Assembly: GCA_039793485.1 (NCBI GenBank)
Contig: JBAMLO010000049.1
Location: 4,157 to 68,156 of the forward strand
From: Nitrososphaera sp.
GTDB taxonomy: Archaea; Thermoproteota; EX4484-205; JAAOZO01
Direction of reading: 5' to 3'
DNA length: 64,000 nt
Part shown: one piece after another, positions 19,574-29,198 of the stretch
Position numbering within the stretch: position 1 is the stretch's first letter
Layout: every line of letters starts with the position of its first letter
The notes under the pieces: generated by a model
What the model was told of the DNA's origin: nothing
Seen by the model: only the letters and a program-made list of their open reading frames with translations
The model's database searches: none
Position numbers and translations under genes: made by a program

Positions 19574-20497
19574 TTGGGAAAAATGAAGCTAGTTGAGTTT
19601 GAGGAAAGCTACTTCGAAGAGGTTCGAAGTTTACTAAACCTAAGCCTTTCTGAAGACTTTATTTCTGATAGAAGCCTTAAGAGAATAACGTTCGATGACC
19701 CAAACTATGATGAGCGTTACGCTCTTGTTGCAATAGAGAATGAAAATATAGTTGGGTTTGCACTTGGAGTTAAGAGAAAAAGAGCTCCAGAAGAACTGGT
19801 TGAAGCTCAAAAAGGGTTAGCTTGGATAAAGGTTTTTGCTGTAAGAGAAGGCTACAGAAATAAAGGAATAGCAACAAAGCTGTTTGAGGAACTAGAAAGC
19901 CGACTTAAAGATAGTGGTACTAAGAAAGTTCGAATTGCTGACTTTCCAGGGTGGACTCTTTTCAGTGGCGTAGACTTAAAATACCAGGATGCGCTTGCTT
20001 TCTTACTTGGTAGGGGGTTTAAGAAGGTAGGAGAAGCTGTCGACTACGAAATAGATTTACTAAACTTTTACATACCAAAAAGGATCCTTAAGACGAACGT
20101 TAGCCCAGCTGTAGTACGCAAAGCCGAGAAATCAGATAAAAACAAAGTTCTAAGCTGGGTAAAGTCAGAATTTTCTGCTTTTTGGGAATACGAGGCAAGT
20201 GTAGGCTTTACATACGACAAGCCAAAGTTATGGATCGCTGAAGAGGGCAACGAAATTATTGGGTTCTCTGTTTATAGTGCACTTGAACCTCATTGGTTTG
20301 GTCCAATTGGCGTTTCTGCAAAAACTAGACTAAAGGGAATAGGTTCTTTGCTTCTCTTTAACTGTCTCAAGAGCATGAGAGAGGAAGGTCAAAGAATCGC
20401 AGTAATACCTTGGACTAGCCACTTGTTCTTTTACACACAGGTACCTGGAATAAATAGAATCCGTCACTATTGGATTCTCGAAAAAACCTTCCCTTAG
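19574..20497 (+). CDS. Tandem-domain GNAT N-acetyltransferase
   Basis: Two acetyl-CoA motif A copies (YRNKGIATKL; FGPIGV..RLKGIGSLL). Confidence 0.85.
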   Translation: MGKMKLVEFEESYFEEVRSLLNLSLSEDFISDRSLKRITFDDPNYDERYALVAIENENIVGFALGVKRKRAPEELVEAQKGLAWIKVFAVREGYRNKGIATKLFEELESRLKDSGTKKVRIADFPGWTLFSGVDLKYQDALAFLLGRGFKKVGEAVDYEIDLLNFYIPKRILKTNVSPAVVRKAEKSDKNKVLSWVKSEFSAFWEYEASVGFTYDKPKLWIAEEGNEIIGFSVYSALEPHWFGPIGVSAKTRLKGIGSLLLFNCLKSMREEGQRIAVIPWTSHLFFYTQVPGINRIRHYWILEKTFP

Positions 20498-20637
20498 ATC
20501 TTACGTTCAATAAAAAGGAAAACAAGAATTACCATATCTGAAGTGCCAGCTCATGCACTGTTTTGAAGCGAAGTAGGGATTAGTAGGATTGTCCTAGTTC
20601 TAAGGTCATGTAGTTTAGTTTAAGTCTTTTAAAAGTT

Positions 20638-21843
20638 TCAGGTTGTTACAGAGATTACTTTCTTCACAGCCGAACTTATCGTAACTATTTCATTGTCCGT
20701 AAGCACAGGGTCCGTGTACAAGCTAAATACTCTTCCTGAAACATCTTCGCTTACCGGGAAGTCTCCTGCTTTGTACTTTATGTTTTTATAGAAGTCTAAC
20801 CTTTTTCCTCTCTCATATAGATCCTGAAAAAGTGGTTCTAGGTGGAGTGGAGTAGGATAAAACACTCCTGCTGGTGCGTTCTCCGCTCTTAAGTACTTCA
20901 CGAACTCATCTCTTGGCACTTTCACGTCTTCAGTTAGCTTAATCGTATATAAGTGAAAGACATGTTTTGCATATGGTCTTTCAATGGGGAGCTCTAAACC
21001 CTTTATCCCTTTTAACTCATCATAGTATATTTTAGCATGCTTCCTCCTTATGTTGTTAAAATTTTCTAGTTTTTTAAGCTGAACTAGTCCTATTGCTGAT
21101 TGCATCTCTGTTATTCTATAGTTGTATCCAAGTATTTCGTAGTGATATGTTGAGGCCTGGCCATGATGTCTAACCAACCTGGCTTTGTTTGCCATTTTTT
21201 CGTCGTTAGTCAAAACCATGCCCCCTTCTCCAGTCATCATATTTTTTGTCGCGTAAAAACTGAAAGCAGATATGTGCCCTATACTCCCAACTTTCTTACC
21301 CTTATATTCTGCTCCTATTGCCTGTGCACAATCTTCAACAACTATTAAATTTTTTTCTCTTGCGATTTCCATTATCTCATCCATTTCAGCAGGGTGACCA
21401 AATAAATGAACAACGATTATTGCTTTTGTTTTTTCAGTGATTTTTCTCTTTACATCTTCTGGATCAATTGTAAAAGTTTCTTTGTCTATATCTGCAAAAA
21501 CGGGTACTGCATCTTGATGAAGCACGCTAGTTGCTGTAGCAACAAAAGTAAACGGTGGAACGATTACTTCGTCTCCCGCTTTTATCCCTGCCGCCGCTAA
21601 CGCAGTATGGAGTGCAGTAGTTCCGTTTGAAGTTGCAATAGCAAATTTTGTTCCAATATATTTAGCGAATTCTTCTTCAAATTTTTTTGTTTTATCTCCT
21701 GCTAGGCTTGAAAGTTTTCTTGATCTTAAAACTTCTTCTACAGCCTCTATTTCTTCTTCCTCTATTACTGGTCTTGGTCTTATGGGCTGCTCACTTACGG
21801 GCTTACCACCGTAGAAAGCTAGCCTACTTAGGTCGTTCATCAT
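20638..21843 (-). CDS. DegT/DnrJ/EryC1/StrS PLP-dependent aminotransferase
   Basis: SNGTTALH, EDCAQA, SFYATKN (PLP Lys), GEGG, GYNYR. Confidence 0.92.
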   Translation of the reverse strand: MMNDLSRLAFYGGKPVSEQPIRPRPVIEEEEIEAVEEVLRSRKLSSLAGDKTKKFEEEFAKYIGTKFAIATSNGTTALHTALAAAGIKAGDEVIVPPFTFVATATSVLHQDAVPVFADIDKETFTIDPEDVKRKITEKTKAIIVVHLFGHPAEMDEIMEIAREKNLIVVEDCAQAIGAEYKGKKVGSIGHISAFSFYATKNMMTGEGGMVLTNDEKMANKARLVRHHGQASTYHYEILGYNYRITEMQSAIGLVQLKKLENFNNIRRKHAKIYYDELKGIKGLELPIERPYAKHVFHLYTIKLTEDVKVPRDEFVKYLRAENAPAGVFYPTPLHLEPLFQDLYERGKRLDFYKNIKYKAGDFPVSEDVSGRVFSLYTDPVLTDNEIVTISSAVKKVISVTT

Positions 21844-21888
21844 ACTTGACTGTAAACTGCCCTTTTTTAGTTTTTCTTACTGCTTATA

Positions 21889-21923
21889 GTGAGCCACCCG
21901 CATTACGGACGAAGTCTCCTTGC
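21889..21923 (-). repeat. Degenerate IS200/IS605-like right-end remnant
   Basis: Minus strand reads GCAAGGAGACTTCGTCCGTAATGCGGGTGGCTCAC: a GC-rich hairpin ending in TCAC inside an AT-rich spacer. Confidence 0.35.
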
Positions 21924-22116
21924 GAAAAGGAAGAAAGGGCGATTTTTATAGAACAAATTTAGATTTTCAAGAACAGTTTTGCGCAAAGGCCTTCGGTTGA
22001 TGATAGAAAGAAAAACGATGCTTATGTTTTTAAAGGATTTTGTTGAAAACATACAAATCCTTACAGCCTCAGCTTTTTCATTAGGATTTAAATACCTTCT
22101 TTGCAAGTAGGCTGCC

Positions 22117-22839
22117 ATGAAAAAACCCACGTTATTCTTTAATGAAGGTATGAAAATAAGCGGAATTCTCTCAGAGGTTGAAGGTTCCGAAGACATCGTA
22201 ATCTTCTTTCATGGCTTCACTGGTGACAAAAATGAAGCTAACAACCTTTTTGTTGAAGCTGAAAATTATTTCAACAGAGAAGGTATTTCAACCTTTCGCT
22301 TTGATTTTAGATTTTCAAAAACAAACTCTAACAAGAGTGAGAGCGAAGGCACTATAGACGAAATGCTTCCCTCTGCTTGGATTTCCGATGGTCTTTTTGT
22401 CACAAGAAAAATTAAGCAACTCTTTTCAAAAAAGAAAATTCATTTAGTGGGGCTAAGTATGGGTGGATTAGTTGGCATTCACGTTGCGGTAAATGAAAAA
22501 GTTAACTCATTGATTTTATGGTCCGCAGTTGTAGACTCTGAATCGTTACTTGATGGCTCGAAAGAATGGATAAAAAGTATAATGCCAAAAAATTACGAAG
22601 CGTTTGTAGCAGACTTTGCAAGAAACAATCCAGTTAAACTTTACAACAAACTAACTAATACTCCTATATTTATAGTAGCAGGAGAAAAAGATATTACGGT
22701 TCCGGTAAGTCAAGCTGAAATGTTTCATAAACTCTTAGAAAACTCAAAACTGGTAGTAATTCCAGAAGCGGACCACGTCTTTTCAACAAAGAAAAATGAA
22801 CTTTTCGAAGCAACCCTGGGCTGGATAAAAAGCCTTTAA
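22117..22839 (+). CDS. Alpha/beta hydrolase
   Basis: FHGFTG, GLSMGG nucleophile elbow, GEKD, ADHVF. Confidence 0.88.
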   Translation: MKKPTLFFNEGMKISGILSEVEGSEDIVIFFHGFTGDKNEANNLFVEAENYFNREGISTFRFDFRFSKTNSNKSESEGTIDEMLPSAWISDGLFVTRKIKQLFSKKKIHLVGLSMGGLVGIHVAVNEKVNSLILWSAVVDSESLLDGSKEWIKSIMPKNYEAFVADFARNNPVKLYNKLTNTPIFIVAGEKDITVPVSQAEMFHKLLENSKLVVIPEADHVFSTKKNELFEATLGWIKSL

Positions 22840-22856
22840 GTTGTTGCTTTCTACAA

Positions 22857-24419
22857 CTATTGCAAAACAAAATTTATAGTAACTTTCCACTTTTCATTTT
22901 CGCTTGGAAAATCTTTTCTGTAGTGGCAGCCCCTACTTTCTTCCCTAACCAATGCTGCCGTCGTTATTAGTTCAGATAGGTCCAACATGTTTACAAATTC
23001 TAATTGCTTTTTATCAAAAATTTTCTTCTGCTGATTGATTCTATTTCTTGTTTTCTTAATCCTTAGTATTGCTTCACTGAGAGTTCTCCTCTCTCTTACA
23101 ATTCCAACGTTATTCCACATCACTTCTTTCAACTCGTTTACATCCTTTATAATTTTCACGTCTTCCTGATGTTCATCTAACTCTACGGAAGGATTTACTA
23201 AGTCTTTTTTCTCTAATCTTAATCCTTTCCATTTAGCTCCGTCGACTATTGCTTCAACAGCTCTAGAAGAAAAAACTACTGCTTCAAGTAAAGAGTTACT
23301 TGCCAGTCTATTTGCACCGTGAACTCCTGTACAAGATGCTTCTCCTATTGCATACAATCCTTCTAGGTTGCTTTGTCCAAGTTCGTTAACTCTAATTCCT
23401 CCATTCATATAGTGTGCTGCTGGGACGATTTCTATCGGTTCTTTCGTTATGTCTTTCTTGTACCGCATCATAGTTTCATAAAATCCTTCAAATTCTTTCT
23501 TTATTTTTTCTACTGGAACGTCTCTTAGGTCAAGATAAATGCGAGTGTTTTTCTCTTGCATTTCGAAGTAAATTGCTCTAGATATAATGTCTCTAGTTGC
23601 TAGCTCACATCTTTCATCGTACTTACACACAAACCGTTCTCCTCTATCGTTTATTATTTTAGCTCCAGCGCCTCTAATTGCTTCTGTTATTAATCTAACC
23701 TTGCCATCAGGTAAAATTGTGGCTGTTGGATGAAATTGCACAAATTCGAGGTTGCTTACTACTGCTCCAGCTCTATATGCAACAGCTATTCCATCTCCTG
23801 TCGCAGTTCGTGCATTTGTCGTGATCTTGTAAAGTTGTCCTGATCCTCCAGTTGCCAGTATTACGTTATCTGCAGACATTTTCATGCGTTCTCCGTTTAA
23901 CATAATCTCTGCTCCTCTAACGTGGCTTTCCTCTGTTACTAATTTAAGTAAAAACGCATTCTCAATTATCTTTATGTTTTCATGTAAAGCTTTCTCTATA
24001 AGGCTTTTTTGTATATACTCACCAGTTTTATCTTTTATATGCAAAATTCGGGGAAGCGAATGCCCTCCTTCAAGAGCAAAGTCAAACTCTTCATTCTTTC
24101 TTTCAAACTGTATTCCAACAAACCTTATGAATTCTTCAACTCGATTTTTTGCTTCAGAGACGAGTATTCTCACAATTTCTTCATCGCTTATTCCAGCTCC
24201 AGATTCGAGGGTATCTTTTAGATGCAACTCTATGCTATCGTCTTTGCCAAGAGCTACAGCCATTCCTCCTTGAGCTAAATTTGTGTTTGTTTCGTCTACT
24301 TTGTCTTTTGTTATAACAACTACATTTAGCCCATACTTTTTTAACCTCAAGGCTGAGTAAAGACCAGCAATTCCACTTCCAACAACTATTACATCAAATT
24401 TTTTATCTTCTTTATCCAT
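22857..24419 (-). CDS. nadB: L-aspartate oxidase
   Basis: GSGIAG FAD motif, AQGG, EGGHS..RILH, QFHPT, AAHYMNGG, HGANRLASNSLLE. Confidence 0.95.
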   Translation of the reverse strand: MDKEDKKFDVIVVGSGIAGLYSALRLKKYGLNVVVITKDKVDETNTNLAQGGMAVALGKDDSIELHLKDTLESGAGISDEEIVRILVSEAKNRVEEFIRFVGIQFERKNEEFDFALEGGHSLPRILHIKDKTGEYIQKSLIEKALHENIKIIENAFLLKLVTEESHVRGAEIMLNGERMKMSADNVILATGGSGQLYKITTNARTATGDGIAVAYRAGAVVSNLEFVQFHPTATILPDGKVRLITEAIRGAGAKIINDRGERFVCKYDERCELATRDIISRAIYFEMQEKNTRIYLDLRDVPVEKIKKEFEGFYETMMRYKKDITKEPIEIVPAAHYMNGGIRVNELGQSNLEGLYAIGEASCTGVHGANRLASNSLLEAVVFSSRAVEAIVDGAKWKGLRLEKKDLVNPSVELDEHQEDVKIIKDVNELKEVMWNNVGIVRERRTLSEAILRIKKTRNRINQQKKIFDKKQLEFVNMLDLSELITTAALVREESRGCHYRKDFPSENEKWKVTINFVLQ

Positions 24420-24479
24420 GGTCTTAGCCTTTAGCTTCTCATGGGTTCTACTTAAGTTTATTTTATAAATAAGCTTATC

Positions 24480-25337
24480 TTATGGCCTTAGGACTTCAAA
24501 AACTTCTAAACTCACGTCAACGGCTTTTGCTGAGTGAGTTATAGCTCCACTACTTATGATGTCTACGTCGCAAGCAGCATAATCTAAAATGTTTTCCTCG
24601 TTAATTCTCCCTGAAACCTCTATCAAAACTTTTTCTCTCAACTTAAGTTCTCTAAGTTTATTTACCGTTTCTTTAATTTCTTCAACAGTAAAGTTATCCA
24701 GCATTATGATGTCTGCCCCTCCTTTAGCTGCTTCTATAGCCTCTTCTAAGTTACTTACTTCGATTTCTACTTTCATAAATGAGGACGCTTTTTCTTTAGC
24801 TTGTTTGATTGCTTCTCTTATACCTCCGATTATTCTTACATGATTGTCCTTTATTAGTATCATATCGCTTAAGCTCATCCTATGTGTATCACCTCCTCCA
24901 AGCTTAACTGCCTTCTTCTCTAAGTACCTAAGTCCAGGTAACGTTTTTCTTGTAGCTGCTACTCTAACTTTTGGGTTCACTTTCCTGCATAACTTCACAA
25001 GGTTGTTTGTTGCTGTAGCAATTCCTGAAGCATGAGAAATTATGTTAAGTATTAGTCTCTCAATACTTAGAATGTCTCTTGCGTTACCCTCTAGTATTGC
25101 TATTTTCTCTCCTTCTTTTACGTCTTCGCCATCCTTCTTAAGTTGTCTTGCATTCACTCCAACTACGCTTAAGAATTGAATGCACTCTTCAAGACCTGCT
25201 AGAACAAAATTCTGCTTAGCTACTATTGCTGCTTTACACCTTACTTCCTCCCCAATTAGTTCTGAAGTGACGTCAAAGAATGGAATGTCTTCGTTAATAT
25301 AGTCAAAAAACTTCATTGCTTCTGCTTTGCTCCTCAT
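24480..25337 (-). CDS. nadC: Quinolinate phosphoribosyltransferase
   Basis: TRKTLPG, HRMSLSD, KDNH, EIEV, IMLDN. Confidence 0.95.
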   Translation of the reverse strand: MRSKAEAMKFFDYINEDIPFFDVTSELIGEEVRCKAAIVAKQNFVLAGLEECIQFLSVVGVNARQLKKDGEDVKEGEKIAILEGNARDILSIERLILNIISHASGIATATNNLVKLCRKVNPKVRVAATRKTLPGLRYLEKKAVKLGGGDTHRMSLSDMILIKDNHVRIIGGIREAIKQAKEKASSFMKVEIEVSNLEEAIEAAKGGADIIMLDNFTVEEIKETVNKLRELKLREKVLIEVSGRINEENILDYAACDVDIISSGAITHSAKAVDVSLEVFEVLRP

Positions 25338-26266
25338 AGTTTTATTCCCACCAGTTCGTATGTCTTAATAATTTTTTCTCTTGCCATATTGGCTAAGTTT
25401 TCATCAACTACAACCCTATTCTTCATGTCTCTCAGCGAATCACGAATGCTTTTCAGCGTTATCTGTTTCATGAATCTGCAGATTGCTGAATCATTGAGAG
25501 GTATGTATTCCTTTCCTGGACATTCTTTCTTAAGCCTATGTACAAGCCCAATTTCTGTTCCTATTATAACTTGGTTGCTTTCGCAACTGCATGCATACTT
25601 CATCATTTGACTGGTTGAACCTACGAAATCCGCAAGCTGCCTTACTTCTTTTGGAGTTTCTGGATGAACAGCTATCTTAGCATTAGGATATTTTTCTCTC
25701 GCTAAAATTATATCTTCCCTACTTATTATATGTGAGTGAACATAGCAGTGGCTTTCCTGTGGTACTACTATTACTTCTTTTCCTGATTTTTCAGCTACAT
25801 ACTCGGCTAAATTTCTATCAGGCCCAAACAAGATTTTGGGAGAGTCTATCTTTTTTACAACTTCTGCCGCATTTGCACTTGTAACGATATAATCTGAAAT
25901 TGCCTTTACTTCTAGATAAGAGTTAACATAAACAACTAACGGTATGCCTGGATATTTTTCCTTGTAAGCTCTAGCTACTTTTGAAGTTAGATAGTTTGCT
26001 AGAGAGCATGTCGCTCCTCTTTCAGGATGGAGTACAACTTTGTTTGGATTGAGTATGGCCGCTTGTTCTGCCATAAAATCAACACCAGCTAGAACTATCA
26101 CTTTGTTACTAAGCTTCGTTGCCTTTATTGAAAGTTCTAGTGAATCACCAACAAAGTCAGAAACGTCTTGAACCTCTGGAAGTTGGTAGTTGTGCGCCAG
26201 CACCACCGCATCTCTTTCTTTTTTTAGCCTAATTATCTCCTCTCTTAATTCTTCCTGCATTCTCAT
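25334..26266 (-). CDS. nadA: Quinolinate synthase
   Basis: LAHNYQ, GDSL, FMAE, three Fe-S Cys (CSLA, CYVH, CRFMK), HPE, GSTS. Confidence 0.95.
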   Translation of the reverse strand: MRMQEELREEIIRLKKERDAVVLAHNYQLPEVQDVSDFVGDSLELSIKATKLSNKVIVLAGVDFMAEQAAILNPNKVVLHPERGATCSLANYLTSKVARAYKEKYPGIPLVVYVNSYLEVKAISDYIVTSANAAEVVKKIDSPKILFGPDRNLAEYVAEKSGKEVIVVPQESHCYVHSHIISREDIILAREKYPNAKIAVHPETPKEVRQLADFVGSTSQMMKYACSCESNQVIIGTEIGLVHRLKKECPGKEYIPLNDSAICRFMKQITLKSIRDSLRDMKNRVVVDENLANMAREKIIKTYELVGIKL

Positions 26267-26347
26267 GCTTCTTATTCGTAGAGGGGTATAAGTGCGTTAT
26301 TCCAACACAAAAGTCAGAATGTACCTTAAGGAAAAGTTTTTAACTTC

Positions 26348-27805
26348 TTGTTTGAGGTATTTTTCTTTATGGACGTAGAAAGTCTTCTAAAGTATGGCCT
26401 TTCAATGGCTCAAAAAAACGGCGCGAGTTACGCGGAAGGCCGATACCAAGCAGACCGAGGTGAAGGCCTAATGCTAAAAAATGGGGTACCTGAGTTAGCA
26501 AGTCACTTCAACAACGCGGGTATTTCGTTTAGGGTTTTAGTTGATGGTGCCTTAGGCTTCGCTGCAACAAACAGAGTTTCTAAAAAAGAAGTAAGTAAAG
26601 TTGTAGACATGGCAATAAAAAGTGCAAAAGCTGCCTCGTTTTTGTTTAAGGATAAAGTTGGGCTGAGCGAAGAAGAGCCCAGAGAAGATAAGGTTGTTGT
26701 AAAGCAGAGAATAAAATTTGAGAATGTAGATCAGGAGAGCATGATCGAACTTCTTAGAGAGGCTGATAGCGTTGCAGTGGAATCAGCAAGCAAGCATGAA
26801 GCAAAGCTTGTTGGAAGAATCTTTTTCGTAAGGTCGTGGACAACAGAAAAAAGGATAGTAACAACCGATGGAATAGACGTTTATAGCTTCATACCAAGAG
26901 TAGCTTTTTCATTTTACTTAACTGCATTAGGCCCCAACAAGTTAGCTTCTCAAAGGTTCGCTGAGAAAGGAGAAAGTGGAGGCTGGGAAGCAATAGAAAA
27001 GCTAGATGTTGTTCGTATGATGAAGAGCGAGGGAGAAACGCTAGGAAGATTAGTAACTCAAGCTAAATCTCCACCGAAAGATAAACTAGACGTTGTCTTG
27101 GGGAGCGAAGTCGTTGGAATTGTTTGCCATGAATCTAGTGGTCATCCTGGAGAAATGGATAGAATACTGGGAAGAGAGGCCGCCCAGGCTGGCGAAAGCT
27201 ACTTAACTAAGGACTCCCTAGGAAAGGTTGTAGGTTCAAAAGTAGTTAATGTTGTTGATGACCCAACCATTCCTCACTCTTTTGGTTTTTACCTCTATGA
27301 TGATGAAGGTGTTAAAGCTAGGAAGAGGTACTTAATCAAAGAAGGAAAAATAAATGAATTCCTTCAGAACAGAGAAACCGCTTTTGCAACTGGAACAAAG
27401 AGTAACGGTGCTGCCAGAGCTTCACAGTACAATAGAGAGCCAATCGTTAGAATGGCAAATACCTACATGGAACCTGGCGACTATAAGTTTGACGAGCTTC
27501 TAGAAGACATAAAGTTTGGAATCTACATTAAGAATTTTACGGAATGGAACATAGATGATAGGCGCTTTAATCAAAGGTACGTTGGCTTAGAGTCCTACAT
27601 AATCGAAAACGGCGAGCTAAAGGATATGGTAAGAAACCCTGTTATAGAAATGACAACGGTCGGCCTATTCTCTTCAGTTGATGCAGTTGGCTCTGACCTA
27701 GACTTCTGGGCTGCCACCTGCGGAAAAGGCGACCCAATGCAGGGTGTTCCTGTTTGGACCGGTGGGCCCTCGATAAGATTAAGAAATGTAAACCTTGGAG
27801 GGTGA
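26348..27805 (+). CDS. tldD: TldD metalloprotease subunit (likely start ATG 26369)
   Basis: HESSGHPGE zinc motif, DDEG, RMANTY, CGKG. Confidence 0.9.
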   Translation: MFEVFFFMDVESLLKYGLSMAQKNGASYAEGRYQADRGEGLMLKNGVPELASHFNNAGISFRVLVDGALGFAATNRVSKKEVSKVVDMAIKSAKAASFLFKDKVGLSEEEPREDKVVVKQRIKFENVDQESMIELLREADSVAVESASKHEAKLVGRIFFVRSWTTEKRIVTTDGIDVYSFIPRVAFSFYLTALGPNKLASQRFAEKGESGGWEAIEKLDVVRMMKSEGETLGRLVTQAKSPPKDKLDVVLGSEVVGIVCHESSGHPGEMDRILGREAAQAGESYLTKDSLGKVVGSKVVNVVDDPTIPHSFGFYLYDDEGVKARKRYLIKEGKINEFLQNRETAFATGTKSNGAARASQYNREPIVRMANTYMEPGDYKFDELLEDIKFGIYIKNFTEWNIDDRRFNQRYVGLESYIIENGELKDMVRNPVIEMTTVGLFSSVDAVGSDLDFWAATCGKGDPMQGVPVWTGGPSIRLRNVNLGG

Positions 27806-27811
27806 AGAAAG

Positions 27812-29143
27812 ATGAGCGCAAGAGAAATAGCATCGAAGGTAATTAAGTTAGCCAAGAGAGAAGGAGCAACAGATGCTGTAGCACGGATAGAAGAACTTGA
27901 GTGGTACATGCTAAGATTTTCCAACAATAGCCTCACTGTAACAAAAAGCTTGTTGGAAAAAGAGCTTCATATCTTTGTCTGCATAAATGGCAAGAAGGCC
28001 AGCTGTTCTATTATGAACCTAAGCGAAGAAGCCATAAAAGAAGCAACAATAAAAACAGTGAGACTCGCGAAAAGTAGCAGAGAAAGCGACCTTTACGCTC
28101 CACTGCCAAAAGGTCCTTTCAAGTACGACAAGAAGTTCAAAAAAATAGGTGACGAAAACATAGATGTTGAAAAACTGCCTACTATAGTTAAAGCTTCGAT
28201 TGAATCTGCTTTAAGTTCAGGTGCAAGTAGAGTCGCTGGCTCTTTAATAGCTCAAAGAGTAAAAGTCCTTCAGGAAACTTCAGGCAGTGCAAGAAGCGAA
28301 TTTGAAAGTACGATGTACAACTTATCAGTTAGAGCATTTGCAGATTCAGATGCTACGGGACAGTTTGCAACAACTTCAACTTTTCTTTCAAAAATGGATG
28401 CTGAAAAAGTAGGCAGGATGGCTGGAGAAATAGCAAAAATGGCGAAGGATCCAAAGCCTGCAGAAGCTGGGGTTTACGACGTTGTATTTGGTCCCATGAC
28501 CTTTGCTGACCTAATAGAAGAGGTAGTTGACGCCTCTTCTGCGTTTTCTGTGGATGCAAAAACCTCATTCCTAGTTGATAAGCTAAATGAAAAAATTTCA
28601 AGTAAGGAAGTTACTGTAGAAGACGACCCTTTGAATCAAGAGGCTCCGGGGTCTTCGCCTTTTGATCAAGAAGGTTTACCAACATTCCGTAAGAAAATTA
28701 TAGATAGCGGCATTTTGAGCACGTACCTCCACAATTCAGCTACCTCAAAAAAGATGAATCAGAAGAATACTGCAAACGCTGGGCTCATTCGTCCTTTTCC
28801 GTTTAACATAGTAGTTTCTGAGGGGAACAAGTCTTTAGACGAGCTTATCTCATCCATAGACAATGGCCTGTATGTGACGAACAACTGGTACCTTAGGTAT
28901 ACGAATAGCTTGACCGGAGACTTCTCAACTATACTTAGAGACGGCTTATTTAAGATAAGGAATGGATCCATTGAAGGACCAATAAAAGGGCTCAGGCTTT
29001 CCGACAACATGTTGAATTTCTTGAAGAACATCGAAGAACTTGGAAGAGAAAGATATTGGATAAAGTGGTGGGAAGTTGACGTTCCGGTGCTAACAGGGGC
29101 TGCTTTGGTAAGGCAAATGAAGTTCACAAAACCCACAGTATAA
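27812..29143 (+). CDS. pmbA: TldE/PmbA subunit
   Basis: TldD/PmbA fold lacking HExxH; FDQEG, TANAG, TGDFS; directly after tldD. Confidence 0.88.
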   Translation: MSAREIASKVIKLAKREGATDAVARIEELEWYMLRFSNNSLTVTKSLLEKELHIFVCINGKKASCSIMNLSEEAIKEATIKTVRLAKSSRESDLYAPLPKGPFKYDKKFKKIGDENIDVEKLPTIVKASIESALSSGASRVAGSLIAQRVKVLQETSGSARSEFESTMYNLSVRAFADSDATGQFATTSTFLSKMDAEKVGRMAGEIAKMAKDPKPAEAGVYDVVFGPMTFADLIEEVVDASSAFSVDAKTSFLVDKLNEKISSKEVTVEDDPLNQEAPGSSPFDQEGLPTFRKKIIDSGILSTYLHNSATSKKMNQKNTANAGLIRPFPFNIVVSEGNKSLDELISSIDNGLYVTNNWYLRYTNSLTGDFSTILRDGLFKIRNGSIEGPIKGLRLSDNMLNFLKNIEELGRERYWIKWWEVDVPVLTGAALVRQMKFTKPTV

Positions 29144-29198
29144 AGTATTAATAAGAAACATTTTTAATTACCTTTTTAAGGTACAAAAACGATAAAAA

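Noticed and set aside
21687-22196. ORFs 21687-21962 and 21903-22196 spanning the aminotransferase/hydrolase spacer
   Set aside because: They overlap real genes head-to-head and show no recognisable motifs
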